Part shown: one piece after another, positions 34,459 through 47,743 of the stretch
Layout: every line of letters starts with the position of its first letter
Position numbering within the stretch: position 1 is the stretch's first letter
Source: Plasmodiophora brassicae
Taxonomy: Eukaryota
Reading direction: 5' to 3'
Length of the DNA stretch: 64,000 bases
Assembly (NCBI GenBank): GCA_036867785.1
Contig: CP145412.1
Coordinates: 372,001 to 436,000, forward strand
Translations under genes and position numbers: made by a program
The notes under the pieces: model-generated
Databases searched by the model: none
Told to the model about the DNA's origin: nothing
Seen by the model: the letters and a program-made list of their open reading frames with translations, nothing else

Positions 34459-36610
34459 TAACTGGTAGCCAGTCACACTCAGTTGATCAGGTTTGCGGAT
34501 AATCGACAAAACTGAGTGTCAGCTGTAACTGGTAGCCAGAACTGTGAGAAACTGGTAGGCAAGTTTGCGGATAACTTTAGTGCCGCTTGGAAAACGGACC
34601 CGGGGGACAACGCTTGCAAGTGCTGATTAAGTGCCCATTCATATTTTTGGAGGTTCCCGGCTCGGCAATTGCGGTTGTAAAAATAGGAAACGGGCGCGTC
34701 CGCGCCGGTTGTCATCTTGAAGCGTCGTCTTCGCCGAGTTGGCGTTGCCAGACAGTACGTCATGGCGCAGCACAATCCGAACCCTATCGTCCGCAACTTT
34801 CCTCGGGGTGGATTCTTCGCTGCCGACGCGATCAACAATCCGGTCTTTAATCTTCAGAGAAACCATCCTATGCAGCTGCCACGTCCCAACAACGGGCGTC
34901 TCACGATGGAGGTCTCCTATGTCGGCACGGTTGCCAGCGTTGATTTTGACTACAGAATTGCCCTTCCAGATAGGCGTCCAGGCTTGAATCTTGGTGACCC
35001 TGACTCCGAGGCATTTCAGAACCGTTATCGGAACGAAATCGCGCTTGCCAGTTTCCTGAAACACCAGATTCCATTGCGGCTCGTGCCTCTGGAAGTTCCT
35101 GTTTCTTCGGTACGGGCACTAGAATGTCTAGATGAGTTTAGCCAAGGAAGACAGACGCTGGAATCGTTATCGCGTTCGCTTGAAAGACTGCGTGTCGATG
35201 ATTGCAAGCGCGAGTTACAATATATCGATTTCGTAAGCGTGGAGCTTTGTTGATTTTCACCATACTTATATCGTTTTCAGTTTAGGAATTACGCAGCTAG
35301 AAAATGTTTTGACGCATCGGATCTACAAGAGTGTATCAACAACGATGCGATCCTCTCTCTCACCGGCGGCCAACGTCTCGGCTCGGTTGCTCAAGTTCGA
35401 GCGTACCTCGAGGAGCTAGGTCTTCTGATCCCGTTTCTGGAGTATCGCATATGCGAGAAGGGCCACATGTGGCCTGCATGCGAACGTTCCCCAGAACGCG
35501 AGTGCTGCCGACAGTCGGCGCCCTTCTTTTATTTCTCGCGCATTCTGTTCATCCAGTCACTTTTCCGGTCGAAACGAATATTTTCACTGATTCAATCCGA
35601 ACATGAACGGCATCGGACGATCGCGCAACAAGAGCAGCCTTCCTCAGTCATTCGAGACTGGACGGACGGCGAATTCTTCGCCAATGTGTATCGTCCGTTT
35701 CTTCTGGACACAGACGATATTGAATATCCATTGGCATTGGCTTCTGGAATTGACGGCGCTGACGTTTTGTCCTGGGGCTCCGAGTCTATTACCCCAATGG
35801 TTCAAATCTTGCTCAACCTACCGCCTGATCTTCGCTGCAACCTGGGGTTGATCCATGCCGTTGGATTAATTTCACACATCGCCAAGGAGCACCGGCAGGC
35901 GGTCCAGCGACTTGACACCTTCGAACTGAACTTGATGTACCAGTACGGTTTCCCGGTTCTCAACCCCATTATCGGCGTCCCGCAAAGGGCGCGAGCTATC
36001 GCAGCATGTCTTGTACGTATCTTTCGCTCAGTGTACGTGGCTGACATTTTTTATCTGAGCTCTGCCACCAGTCCATGGATTACAAAGAGTTCAGCAAGAC
36101 GACGCACTGCTCCCAGGGAGGCAAGCGTGACGCGTGCAATCGTTGCGACATTCGCGGTTACTATTTCCCGACACGTAATATCACAGTCTTTCCTGGAATG
36201 TGGCGATGGTCGTCTGAGTCACTCAGAGCAGGAGTAAGTGGACTGTATCGGCAGACTGCATTCTGTCCTAATCGCTTGTTCTGTTTCCTGTAGCTAGGCG
36301 ACCATTTTCTAAGTTCGATAACTGAGGACGTCCGACGATTGTTCCCTGATAATTCTCTTCAGTTCTGGCACATGCCCAGCCGAAGACAAATGAGGACACG
36401 CTTCGGCGATTGACATCCCGTATTAGGGTGTAGACGGTGGAGCAGTGCAGCATGCCCTGTCGCAGCCAGAGATACCAAGAACAGCATCTAGGAGAGGCAG
36501 CCCTAAGACCGGGAGAGTCCGTACGGCATGCGGGAAGGCCGGACGGCAGGGAGGAGAAGGATCGGGAGATCTGGGAACGAGGACGCTGAGGTTCTCTATA
36601 CACGATCTAC

Positions 36611-36622
36611 AAAACCGGTTTT
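36611..36622 (+). promoter_or_regulatory. Palindrome AAAACCGGTTTT at the PBS position of G2
   Basis: Perfect 12-bp palindrome including the terminal A of the 5' LTR. Confidence 0.8.
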
Positions 36623-36649
36623 AGTGCGATCGACGAGATCCAAAGCACT

Positions 36650-39600
36650 ATGGCACGACGATTGAAGCCCGGGCAGCAGCCAATGACGGAGGGGCTGGAC
36701 CCGAGCTCACTGAAGAAGTTGGAGGAGCAGTACACGGACTACTGTCGCATCACGTCGGAGGCGGAGGCGTACCTGCCGGAGCGAGAACGACGCGGCCCAG
36801 TCTCAATCCGGAACTGCTTCAAGTTTCATGAACGACAGGCAATTGCGATGGACGAGCTGGGACTCCAGGATGAGCAGGAGATGACGGACGCTCACCTCGA
36901 GGCGTGGATGGCCGAGGAGATTGCACAGCTGGGGAGCCGAATGGCGCACAATCTGAAGGCGGCGGAGAAGTTGCTGGCGAACGAACTGGCCATGAACACG
37001 AAACTGCCATTCCTGATCGACAGGATCAAGTCGATACGATTCGAGTTGCGGCGTCTGGTGTCCCAAAACGGCCTGGAGTGGATGAACGACGACCAGGCGG
37101 GGAGGCGCGTCTTCGGCAAGCTAGTGGTGGATGCCATTAAGCCGATTCCGCTGCAGAAACACATGGTCGACTGGGTAGAACGGGATCCAGAAGCGCGCAC
37201 TGGCGACATCGAGGGTCTGTTCCAGGAAGCCATCCGATACGCGAATTCGGTCGTCGACGTGCTGGGCAACCCGAGCACATCTGACAAGGAGACGGTCGCC
37301 CAACTGAGGGCAATCGCGAAGGGCAATGGCGGCAACTACCCTCGCGGTGCTAAGGTCAACAAGCGAGGCGGTCGACGGTCCCCGGAACCCACTCCCAAGC
37401 GTCAACGATTCGGTGGCGGATTCCAGCGCAACGGACGCGGTCATGAGCGCGAAGGCCCGAACGGACGACGCGGAGAAGGTCATGGTCGACACAAGACTGA
37501 AGGACACGGTCGGGACACGCCGGGAGGACAACAGGAAGTCGTACCTGCGGGAGGCGGAAGCCAGCGAAACGGAGGACGTAATCGAGAAGATGAGCATGAC
37601 GGCAACCGTGACACGAAGAAATCCCCCAAAGGTGGTTGTTTCCGATGCAAGGGCGATCACTACGTGAGCGACTGCCCGCAACCGCCGACGGAGGAGGAGC
37701 GCCGTGGTCGTGGCAACCGCGGAATAAACGCGGCACGTGTTCGAACGTACGATGGTGATGCAAGCGATGACACTCTGAGGGCAACCATCGGGGAGACCAC
37801 ATTCGAGTGCGCTCTGGATTCCGAATGTCGTGGAGGCAACGTCATACCGGCGAACATTGCAGAACGGCTTGACGATGCAGCTGCGATACAGGAGATTGAT
37901 CCGATCGAGATTGTCCTGGATGATGACAAGACCACTGAGGTCTGCTCGAAGGTCCTTGCCGTTCCGATCATGAAACTGCACGGCGAACACGGGACATTGA
38001 CGCTGTACAACATGCGATTCTACATCTCGACGATGATTGCGAAGACGCTGCTCGGAAACCCGATTCTCACGGCTATGGGAATTGATCCCAAACAGCAGTT
38101 GGAGTCGCTGATGTCAACGAACGATGGGGTCATGCAGTTCGATGCTGACTCGCTCGAGACGGTGGAGAGGGTGACGGCCAAGATGATCGAACTGAGCGCC
38201 AACCACGGATGCAACCCCTACGCGAACAGCGAAGGCGAGCCAACGCGCAGTGAGATCGATCTCGGAAAGGTTGATCCGTCTGGAATCAGCAAGGCTGTCA
38301 ACGATATGATCAAGCAGGCTGAGAAGAATGGCATTTCGAGGCAAGGCTTGAGGCGACTGCGGAAGATCTTGAACAAGCACATGAACGAATTCCGTACGAC
38401 GCTGGGGTCTGACCCACCTGTGGACGTGGAACCACTGAGGACGGACCTGAAGGACGGTGCCACACCATATCGGTGCAAGCCGCGCATGTACAATCCGAAG
38501 CAAAAGGAGTTCTTGACGGACATGATACGGATGCTGAAGGACAACGGCCTGATCTTTGCGAATATGAACTCGAAGTGGGCCAGTCCTGTCCTGATCGTCA
38601 AGAAGCCACACGGAGACGGCTACCGACTATGCGTCGACCTTCGACAGGTGAACCTGCGATCTGAGCCAACTGTCTGGCCCATGCCGAACATCGAGGCGGG
38701 AGCCCGCAAGCTCGAAGGTATGTCGTGCTTCTTCAGCTTGGATGCCTTCAAGGGCTTCTGGTTGATGCCTCTGGACAAATCTTGTCAAGAGATGTTTTCA
38801 TTCATGACAGACGATTCGGTTTGGACACCTACACGAAGCATCCAGGGAGGACTGAACACGGCCCCGCAATTCCAAGCAAGGATGGTGAACATCTTCGACG
38901 ACCTGATGGATCGAATGATGGTCTGGATTGATGATCTGCTGGGATTCGCGAAGACGGAGGCCGAGCTTCTGGAACTGCTGGCCAACGTATTCGAACGGGC
39001 ACGCGAAGTCGGACTGAAGTTCAACCCTACGAAATGCACGATCTTCGCCAGGGAGCTGGTCTGGTGCGGGAAGATCTACTCTGGCAACGGCATTCGACAT
39101 GACCCGGAACGGATAGCAGCTCTGACAAGCATGCCGGAGCCGAAGACGGTTAAAGACCTGCAGCAACTGATGTGGGCGGTGGGATGGATGCGCACGAGCA
39201 TCCCGGACTACCCGTACATCATCGAGCCACTACAGGAGGTCGTTGACCGGGCGAATGAGGAGCTGAAACGAACGAAGTCCAGTTCTTATGCCTCATTGAC
39301 GGTGGACGCGATGGGCTGGTCTGAACGACAACGAGAAGCATTCGAGAAGCTGCGGGCGGTGCTGGTCGAACACGTGCAACTGGCCTACCCCAAGAAGGAT
39401 TTCCAGACCTGCCTCTTCACGGACGCAAGCGAATTCGCATGGTCGGCGGTCGTGACTCAGATTCCAATGGAGGACATCGAATTGCCGATCAGTGAGCAAC
39501 GACATGAACCGCTGGCGTTCTACGGGAAACGCTTCGACAACACGCAGCTACGATGGCCTATCATCGAGAAAGAGGCAGCGGCGATCGTCCAGGCGACTAC

Positions 39601-41691
39601 GCGAGGCGATTTCTTGCTGCAAACCGGACGTGAGTTCCTGCTCTACTGCGATCATCGGAATCTACGATACATCTTCAACAACGACATGGAGATGAAGAAG
39701 CACACAGCCGCAAAGCTGGAGCGGTGGTCCGTTCATCTGCAAGGATTCCGGTACAAAATGGTGGACATCAGCGGGGAGGACAATGCGTGGGCAGATCTAC
39801 TGACGCGGTGGGGCGCGGGTCGAATCGCGCTTACGTGTCCGGCAACTCGAGTCATGTCCATGGAAGACCTGCGAGTAACCCCCATGGCGCACGACGGATT
39901 CGAATGGCCTCGTGAAGCCGACATACGACAATCCCAGAAGCTGCTGACCGACGACGAGAAGGCAGCATTCAAGGCGCAATGGGATGATCGCGACAAACTG
40001 TGGAAATCTGACTCTGGACAGGTGTTAATTCCAAGCCATGACTGTAACGCCTGAACGGGCGCGTTGGCAAATGGCGCCTCAAATGGCGCCGACGACAATA
40101 AAGTCCGAGACGACCGCGGACCGACGAGACGACCGCGGACCGACGGCAGTCGGTCAACGGTCGTCTCGGACTTTATTGTCGTCGGCGCCATTTGAGGCGC
40201 CATTTGCCAACGCGCCCGTTCAGGCGTTACAATGACGACGCAGAGACGTTACGACTACGGATCCTGGTCGTGGCGCACTGCGGCAGTGCTATGCATCGTG
40301 GCGGGACAACCACCAGAGAAGCGGTTATGAGACGATTCCGCTGGGCTGGAGTGGAGGAGCACGTGCAACAAATGTGCGATCAGTGCATGCACTGCGTCAC
40401 CACTCGAGGAGGAGAACGGATTCCGCGGCCGCTGGGTCAGGCTGTTCACGGTCACGAAAGGTTTCAGGTGCTGCATATGGACTACATGTACGTCGAGCCG
40501 GTTCGCGGAGCGGACCACGACTACAAGTACATATTGCTGCTCAAGGACGACTTCTCGGGACTCGTCCGCCTGATTCCTTGCACGAACGCGACGGCCCGGA
40601 CTGCAGCTGATTCCCTGATGGCGTGGAACGCTGACTTCGGGACGCCAGAGATCCTGGTTACCGATGGTGGTTCACATTTCACCGCTGAGGTGATGGAGGA
40701 TTTGAGTCGGCTACGTCACGTTGCGCATCACATCACGCTGGCGTACTGCCCATGGTCGAATGGAACGGTCGAACGGGCGAATGGAACGGTCGTGGAGATG
40801 CTGAGGAGCCTACTGAATGAGAACCAGATCGACACCCACAACTGGCCGTACGCATGTCAGCTGGTGCAACACGCCATGAACCATACGCCTTCAAAGCGTC
40901 GTGGAGGTCATGCACCGGTGACGGCGGCGTTTGGCATCCAACCGGAGAATCCTCTAGACCTGATCTGGGACTTGAAGGCTAGCAATTGGCGACCTGTGAA
41001 TCCTGCGACCATTACTCAGCACATCGAGAAGATGAAGGACGATTTCGACAACATACACAAGGATGTCGAGATGGGCAAAGAGAAGCGGCATCGAGCCAAT
41101 GTCCAGCAGCGCAACAGGCAGCTGCGTCCTGGAGACGATGAAGCGTTCATTCCAGGTGACTACGTCTTGTGCGCACGACCGAACATGGGCCCGGGGAACA
41201 AACTGATCGCCAAGTGGAATGGCCCGTTCCGTGTGCTGCAGCGACTGAACGATCAAGTGTACTTGCTGTACGATCCTCTTCACGAGAAGGAGTTTCGGGC
41301 GCACATCCAACGGATCAGACGATACGCTGATGGGAAGTTGAACATGACGGCGACGATGAAGAAGCATCTTCAGCACTCGAATCATAAGCTCTTGGTGGAG
41401 AATCTAGCTGACTGCCGATACAATGCGAGCGAGAAGCGAGTCGAAATCAAAGTGCTCTGGGAAGGATTCGAGGAATCGGACGCCACATGGGAACCGGCGG
41501 ACATCATAATCGAGGACGTGCCGACGATGGTTCGTGATCTGTATGACCGACTGGGAGATGACCACCCTCAGGCGGAGGAGTTGCGAATACTGTTGAACTC
41601 GGCGGCGACGAACGGGAATCGCCAGCCTGCCTCGAAACGACGTCAAGCAAAAGGAGCGCGACGTCAGAGGACTAAACGACCACGGAATTGA
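36650..41691 (+). pseudogene. G2 Gag-Pol with chromodomain, broken only by the 40043-40231 insertion
   Basis: CFRCKGDHYVSDC, ALDSEC, VWIDDLLG, FTDASE, VTDGGSHF, KVLWEGFEESDATWEP. Excision restores PSHDDAETLRLRIL. Confidence 0.93.
40043..40231. mobile_element. 189-bp foldback MITE with TGT...ACA ends and 5-bp TSD
   Basis: 74-bp perfect TIRs; TSD ATGAC (40038-40042/40232-40236). Confidence 0.93.
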
Positions 41692-44600
41692 CGATATGAT
41701 GACCGGCCGGCTGGAACATGGTAAAATAGCTGGTCGAAGGTTGCTAACTGTACATAGGCAACGAAGAACAACGACGCGAAAACGGAAAGGACGTCGATCG
41801 GACGCACGGTGCGCGGAGCACCTGCGTGGGCACGGGGCCCGAACCACTGGGCATGGGACTCAGTCTGGGAACATTCAGCAAATTGGCCACTGAATGGGAT
41901 CATGTACCAAATGGAAACCAACGGTACGGAACTCGCATATGCATGGGGAAACACTCCACCACAGTCGGATCCTAAAGATTGGACTTCGGCTAACCCTGGT
42001 AGTCAAACGGACGCCAGTCATCGGACTCCTAAAGATTGGGCTTCGGTGAACCGATATCGGATGGGAACGGAACTAACTACGGATGCACATGGCTGGACGC
42101 GGTGTGGGTATTCGTGGTGGTTGCGAGCGGAACTTACTGGACGCAGTAGTGAGCTCACAACCGGCGCTGATGTAGTGTGTTGGACGCAACTCACAGAATC
42201 AGTGCATGGGGAACTGGAACTGGAATGGATGGAACCGGGTGCGAATTGGGAACTGTGGGAATTGGAAATGCTGCCTTAATGTCGGCGTATGACTTGTCGT
42301 ACACCACATGGGGACGGTTGGCTGGATCACTGGGAAATATGGAACGTTTGGTGACTCGCTGGAGTGATTTGGAATGGATGGGTGCCTGTAACGAGGTGAC
42401 CACCTCCCACGTGGGGGTGGATGTCGTCAGTATGGCTGAGAACTGTTAGCACTATGCTGACATGGTCCGGCGAATCTGATTCACTCAACTCCGTCCTTAT
42501 TGCGATGAGTCTAATCTCAAGAAACGGGCGTGACCAATCTGAACGCGCACACGAACCAAGTAACGCCTACGTGTCGCACGAATGCAGCAACGAGCCTACG
42601 TATCTCTACGTCTGCATCCAGGTCATGTTCGGAAAAGGGCAGTGTAGACGGTGGAGCAGTGCAGCATGCCCTGTCGCAGCCAGAGATACCAAGAACAGCA
42701 TCTAGGAGAGGCAGCCCTAAGACCGGGAGAGTCCGTACGGCATGCGGGAAGGCCGGACGGCAGGGAGGAGAAGGATCGGGAGATCTGGGAACGAGGACGC
42801 TGAGGTTCTCTATACACGATCTACAAGGGCAGATCGGGGTGGCCTTCGACATCCAGACAGGGAAGTCTATGCAACCGGATTGCATTGCGGGTTCGGTCAT
42901 GTGACGCAATATATCCATGACCCTATGCATGCGCTATGCATGCGTGCGGTGCCACGACTGCTACGTTCGTTGGACTTTCACGGTTGTGGCAAAGAACTTC
43001 ATTCCCCAGAGGTGTGTGGAAGTATTACTAGTACGTTTTCAGGTTGCTGACTGGACTGCAATACAATAGGTGGATCGTGCTTTGGGTCGAGGCGCTCCAG
43101 TCATCTCCTTGCTGGTGATTCCGGACAGCCCACGGTTTCCTGGAGACACAGATGTGTCCTCTGCATCGAAGCAGATCGAGAACATTGTGCGCTCTCTCGA
43201 GTGGCCAACGGGCGCGTGTGACCCGTTGAAGAACTTGTACTCATCGAAGTCGATGAAAGCGCATGACACGCTGGTCTGGCTGAGCGACGTCGGCATTGCT
43301 GTTCTTGCCGCTGTGGTGTCTGAACGTCTATTCACCAACGGCCACGTAGACGAGGTTACGGTATGGAAGACTTTGTTCGCCTTCATGAAAGCGTCGATGG
43401 CCATGATGGGAGCCTGTTTCGAACGGGAATCCTTTGATGACACCGAACAGGACTTCATCGATACATTAGCGCGCCTCGAAACCGTCATACCATCCAAACT
43501 GCTTACTATCTCCGTAAGCAGGTAGTCATAAGTGTCTGTAGTGGAACACTGATTTGCTGATGCACAGATGCATTCATTGGTGCACTTGGGTGACGTTATT
43601 CGCTCCTGGGGTCCGATAATTGGCTTTGTCTGGACGTACCCGTTGGAGCGCTGGATCGCACACATGAAGGCGATTCTCCACTCAACGAAGGGGTTGACGC
43701 TCAACATTGCGGGAAACTTGCAGCTGATCAATGCTGCCGCTTTGCTCCGGCTGGAGATGCACGAGCATTATGCAGTGCAGAAGGATAACCCGTTCCTCTT
43801 CGGATGTCCCTCTCCAGTGGCGATGGAAATGTTGCCAATCAGATTCCAAGGTCGGATGCGGGAAACTCAACTAACAGTTCTGGAACGTGCATGGCTGCAC
43901 GCGAGCCTCATTGATCCACAACAGTGGCAAATGACACGCGGCCATCCCTGGAGAACCCAATACCAGCGCCTCGTTCAGAAATTCGAGCGTGAAATTGGTG
44001 TTCGTATGAATACGTTCTTCCTGGCGAAGGACAATTTGGCAATGTTCGACGCCTTCTGTGACTCCGAACCCGTCAGGGAGCAATTCGGTTCTGTCCGCCT
44101 ACCCTCTCGACTGCAATCTTGCCGTCGGATTCGTATCGGTATGCGTGCCATGCATATGGAAATCTGTCTATATAACTATGTGGACATGTAGGAAACTGCC
44201 TGTTTCGGACTCGTACCACCGATCAAGCATTCAAGTCGAGCAACCGATATTTCATTGCCAACTTCGCCGGCGACGGATTATATCTCGGTACCGCTGAGAA
44301 GTTTTTCACGATGGACATGAACGCCGCAGCGTTTCATGATGACGGTGATCCGTTCATCATCATTCGCGTTTTCCAGTGGCAGAAACTCAAACCCGTTTCT
44401 GGAGAGCTCGACGGCGTGCTACCGCAGTATGTCAAAGGTGCATCCTACGATCGATTGTTCGTTGTTGATGTTGCGGCTTAAGTGCGCTTTTCACGTCCAG
44501 GCGACGTGATTCGACCTGGTCATAACGAGTCGACGTGGGTTGCCGCTCAGGACGTTGAGCCGAATAACATTGTCCTGGTCCCTTGTGATCATCTGCATGG

Positions 44601-45151
44601 AGGATGCAAGTTTGTTTGCGTTCTCCCGCGAGGGAACATGACGCCGACATCTCTGCGGTCGACAATACCTACTGAGTAAACAAGAGATTTTCCACAAATG
44701 CTGCAGGTCTTAATTATGTATTGCAATGCTTGCACTGTCTGCCACTGATTAGGCGTGTGTCTGGGCATGTCAATAGTTCTTATTCTGCGATAGACGCCTG
44801 GCGAAACGTGGTTGATGGCGAGTTTACTGCCTTTCTGCACCGTCTCAGTCGGTTAGTCGGCAGCTAAGGCGTCAACCAGTGCATTAACCATCACACTCGA
44901 ACAATCGCGACCCGTGAGTCGTGACGCGGGATAGGAGGGCGCGTGCCCACGCCTATCTCAAATTCTACTGGCTGGGCGACGTCTGTGCTCCTCTGGAGCC
45001 ACGTGCGCTTTTCACGGCCCTCATGTACAGAATTTGGGGGCCCTACTGTAGCGCCCGAGCCGGTCCTCCCAGCTCAGCTGGGGCTGAGCGGGTCCGGCCG
45101 CCGCGGCATTAGGTATTCATTTCGTCATTGCAACGTCCGGGTGCGGGAACC

Positions 45152-45868
45152 ATCATGCAACAGCCGGTGCAGATGAAGGACATCGGGCTGTTCATCGCCA
45201 ATCAGCCGCACGTGGCACTGTCCGAGGAGCGACGCACGCACTGTTCTTGGTTCAGAGCGATGTATCTCAGGTACTGTTTCGCGCTGCTCGTGCATCGGTT
45301 GTCTAATTTCACTACTGGCAGTGTTTACCGCGAAGGCAAGCGGGAGGCGCCGAATCCTTTAAAGGACCAGACCCTGCACAATATAATCCTTCGCGAGGGT
45401 CCTGACAAGTTCGGGCTACCAGCGCAGGACTGGACGTTTGCTCAAACGAAACATTGTACGTGTGCGCAAACTGGGATGTGAAGAAGGCACATAATGACTG
45501 TCTGTCACTGTAGTGATAAAGCAAGCTCGGAGGTGCTACTACCGGTCTATCGGACAGGTCCATCATCGGTCTGGTTCGAAGGCATCGAAGTCGTCACCGT
45601 CCAAGAATGCCATATTCAAGGAACTGTCTGGTACGAGGGTTATTTGTCGATCATTGTCCTGAATGCCCGGCTGACATGGTATTATTTGACAGGAGCTCCA
45701 GATTACCTGTACGATTTCATCAACCAGTTGCGCCACCAGTTTCACGCGCAACAGTCGAATCAGGTCTTTGCGTCGAAATCGTTTTACCGGATCTTCGAAG
45801 AAGCGATCACCGTTGCGCTGACCGAACCGGTACGCGGAACGAGGACGTCGATGGATGTGGCTCACTGA
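45152..45868 (+). CDS. Probable spliced second (accessory) gene of the CACTA element, function unknown
   Basis: Protein-like ORF pieces separated by ~55-60 nt GT-AG segments, lying inside the TIRs. No motif recognised. Confidence 0.45.
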
Positions 45869-46001
45869 CGTTTTCGTAATAGGATCAATTTAGCATCAAT
45901 ACCACACAGCCTCGTAATGCCGATATTGGTTTCCTTCTATGCGCTTCTAAGTTTGATTGTGTCACAGGAGATGGTGTCCCTTCAAGAAACCCCGGTACCT
46001 A

Positions 46002-47055
46002 CAGTGATTACCGTAATTAGTCTGTATGCGCAATTAGTGTTAGTTCATAATTAGTGTGATACACACTATTCAGGGTCGGGTGCTCTTGGCACACCTCAGT
46101 ATATATAGTACAACACTGGTAAATACATGCGAAATGTACCATGAAAATTCAAATTTCATTATGTAAGTACATTAAGGAACGACTTCGCCTTCAAAATGGT
46201 TGCGATGTTTTGCAACAATCGCCTGGAGCTCGGGTGATAGCTGCTGGATGCGCCATTCGCCGGTGACATCCTTGGACAAACCGCACCGGATCATTGCCTT
46301 GCGAGCATACTTGAGCCCATTCGCATCGCGACAGGAGTCCACGTACTTGACCGAATCAGCAGCAAGTTTGAGAAAGAACGTTTTGCCCGGATTCTTGAGT
46401 GCCCCCGACACCCGTTGCCTGCTGTTCGCATTGGGCTGGACCTGAACTCGTTGGGAAACATGCGAATCGTCCGAGCGAACAGGCCTGGCTTTCGTCGTCG
46501 ATCATCCACTTCACGACCCTGATTCTTGACTGCTGGGTACAGAGGTGCTGCAGTTTTCTCTTACGTGCCGAATCGTTGCGGGCATTCGCATCATCATCTT
46601 CAATCCTAACCTCCTCTTCGGCGCCGTCGCCTTGCTGCTGTTCCGGTTCTCGTGGCACTTGATCATGCGGCTGCCGATGCTGCTGATGCAGCTGCGATCG
46701 AGCAAACGCGGCAGCAAGAGGTGACGCAGAGAAGACAGACAACGCTTGTGACGATGACGTCGCTGGAGCCATCCGCGTATCTCACGTGAACAAACAGAGT
46801 GCAATCATTTCCGGGTCCCTGCGGGCTCAGCGGGCAGCACGTGCGGCGTCCGTGGGGACTGGCTCGCACTGCGGCGCTGCGTATGCCTATACACACTAAT
46901 TACGTGTGAAAATAAATAGTGTGTATCACAGTATTCATGCCAGCACCAATATAGTGTTAATTCGCATTTAGTGTTATACACACTAATCAAGGGTTGAGCC
47001 TCTAAAATCGCTAACACCTAATTAGTCTGATACAGACTAATTACGGTAATCACTG
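46002..47055 (-). mobile_element. Non-autonomous Tc1/mariner-type deletion derivative
   Basis: TIR CAGTGATTACCGTAATTAGTCTGTAT at both ends, flanked by TA; remnant ORFs 46772-46172 (YARKAMIRCGLS...QLSPELQAIV); no catalytic core seen. Confidence 0.8.
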
Positions 47056-47743
47056 TAGGTACTTGAAGGCGTCCTGTTTCACGTATAGCGATGAAGCTGA
47101 TATGACATTGCAGATCGTATGTATCGTGACGGGGCGACTAAATAACGATGGAATAAAAACTAATGATTGGGTTTCCTCACATTCTAATGCTATCTATCGA
47201 CCTGCTATCCCAGTAGCTATTCGGATAGAAAGTTGGGAACCAATAAGGAATAGGAGTGGTGCAGGGGCTATCCTATTACTGTCTATTTTTGGTGGCACTA
47301 GAAGTCCGCGAGAGGCTATACTTGGCTTCCCAATCGGCACTTCAACGGCACTTAAGTGCCGATTGAAGTGCTCCAGAGTGCCAGGAAAGTGCCGAATCCA
47401 CAATTGGCCGACACCCTCCAAAACGGCACTTGTTCGGCACTTTTAAGTTTCCAGTGTTCGCTGGAGCCACGAAGATTGTAGAGAAAGTCTGGAAAGAGCT
47501 GCGGCATCATCTCATCGTCTTTGTCGTCGTCTTCAATAAGCCCTTGGGCGCGCTTCTGCAGCAATGTTCTCCAATCCGCCATCGCGACGAGATGCCCCCG
47601 TTCGGTTTGCCGTTGCGCGGATGCCGTTCGCGCGGTGGAAATTTTTTTACCGTTTCTAATAAACCATTTGCCGGCGCTCCCAAAAAACGGGAAACGGGCG
47701 GTTTTGCCGTGCTATTTTCCCGTCCGCGGTGGAGATGCTCTTA

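Larger units (their letters stand above)
36429..42825 (+). mobile_element. Chromodomain-bearing Ty3/Gypsy element G2
   Basis: 183-bp LTRs 36429-36611 and 42643-42825, identical by eye; 4-bp TSD AGGG; PPT GGAAAAGGGCAG. Confidence 0.97.
34762..44679 (+). pseudogene. Intron-rich CACTA Tnp2-like transposase, interrupted by Gypsy G2
   Basis: VIRDWTDGEFF, LALASGIDG, LLNLPPDLR, CNRC, YIHDPMH, MHSLVHL...WGPIIGFVWTYPLERWI, separated by short GT-AG introns. Exon limits approximate. Confidence 0.8.
26823..47456 (+). mobile_element. EnSpm/CACTA-superfamily transposon with CACTG termini (20.6 kb including nested elements)
   Basis: Perfect 25-bp TIR CACTGGAAACTTAAAAGTGCCGAAC; 3-bp TSD TTC; Tnp2-like transposase inside. 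Confidence 0.93.
23463..47582 (-). pseudogene. H1 Harbinger transposase in pieces: 47582-47460, 26822-26666, 26611-26449, 24392-23463
   Basis: RGFPGMFGSLDCTH, GANNDIN, YFLVDGIYP, RKDVERAFGVLK. Excising the pogo restores ALDEYIKIGESTA; MFRRRFRM precedes a GT-AG intron at ~26612-26665. Confidence 0.88.
22194..47740. mobile_element. PIF/Harbinger transposon H1, expanded to 25.5 kb by nested insertions
   Basis: TIRs GAGCATCTCCAC(C)GCGGACGG at both ends; TTA TSD (22191-22193/47741-47743); convergent Myb-like and transposase genes. Confidence 0.92.

Noticed and set aside
40038-40236. Same TSD (ATGAC) for the MITE and Copia B suggesting shared targeting
   Set aside because: Two cases only; sister Copia TSDs differ (GCAGC, ATCTC, GTCGC).
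41809-42279. Trp-rich ORF as an env-like gene
   Set aside because: Non-ATG start, no signal or TM segment; composition explained by TGG/GGAA-rich sequence.
45319-45330. CAGTGTTTACCG as the left TIR matching the end at 49616
   Set aside because: Only 12 bp, no preceding TA, and the pairing would cross the CACTA and Harbinger boundaries.
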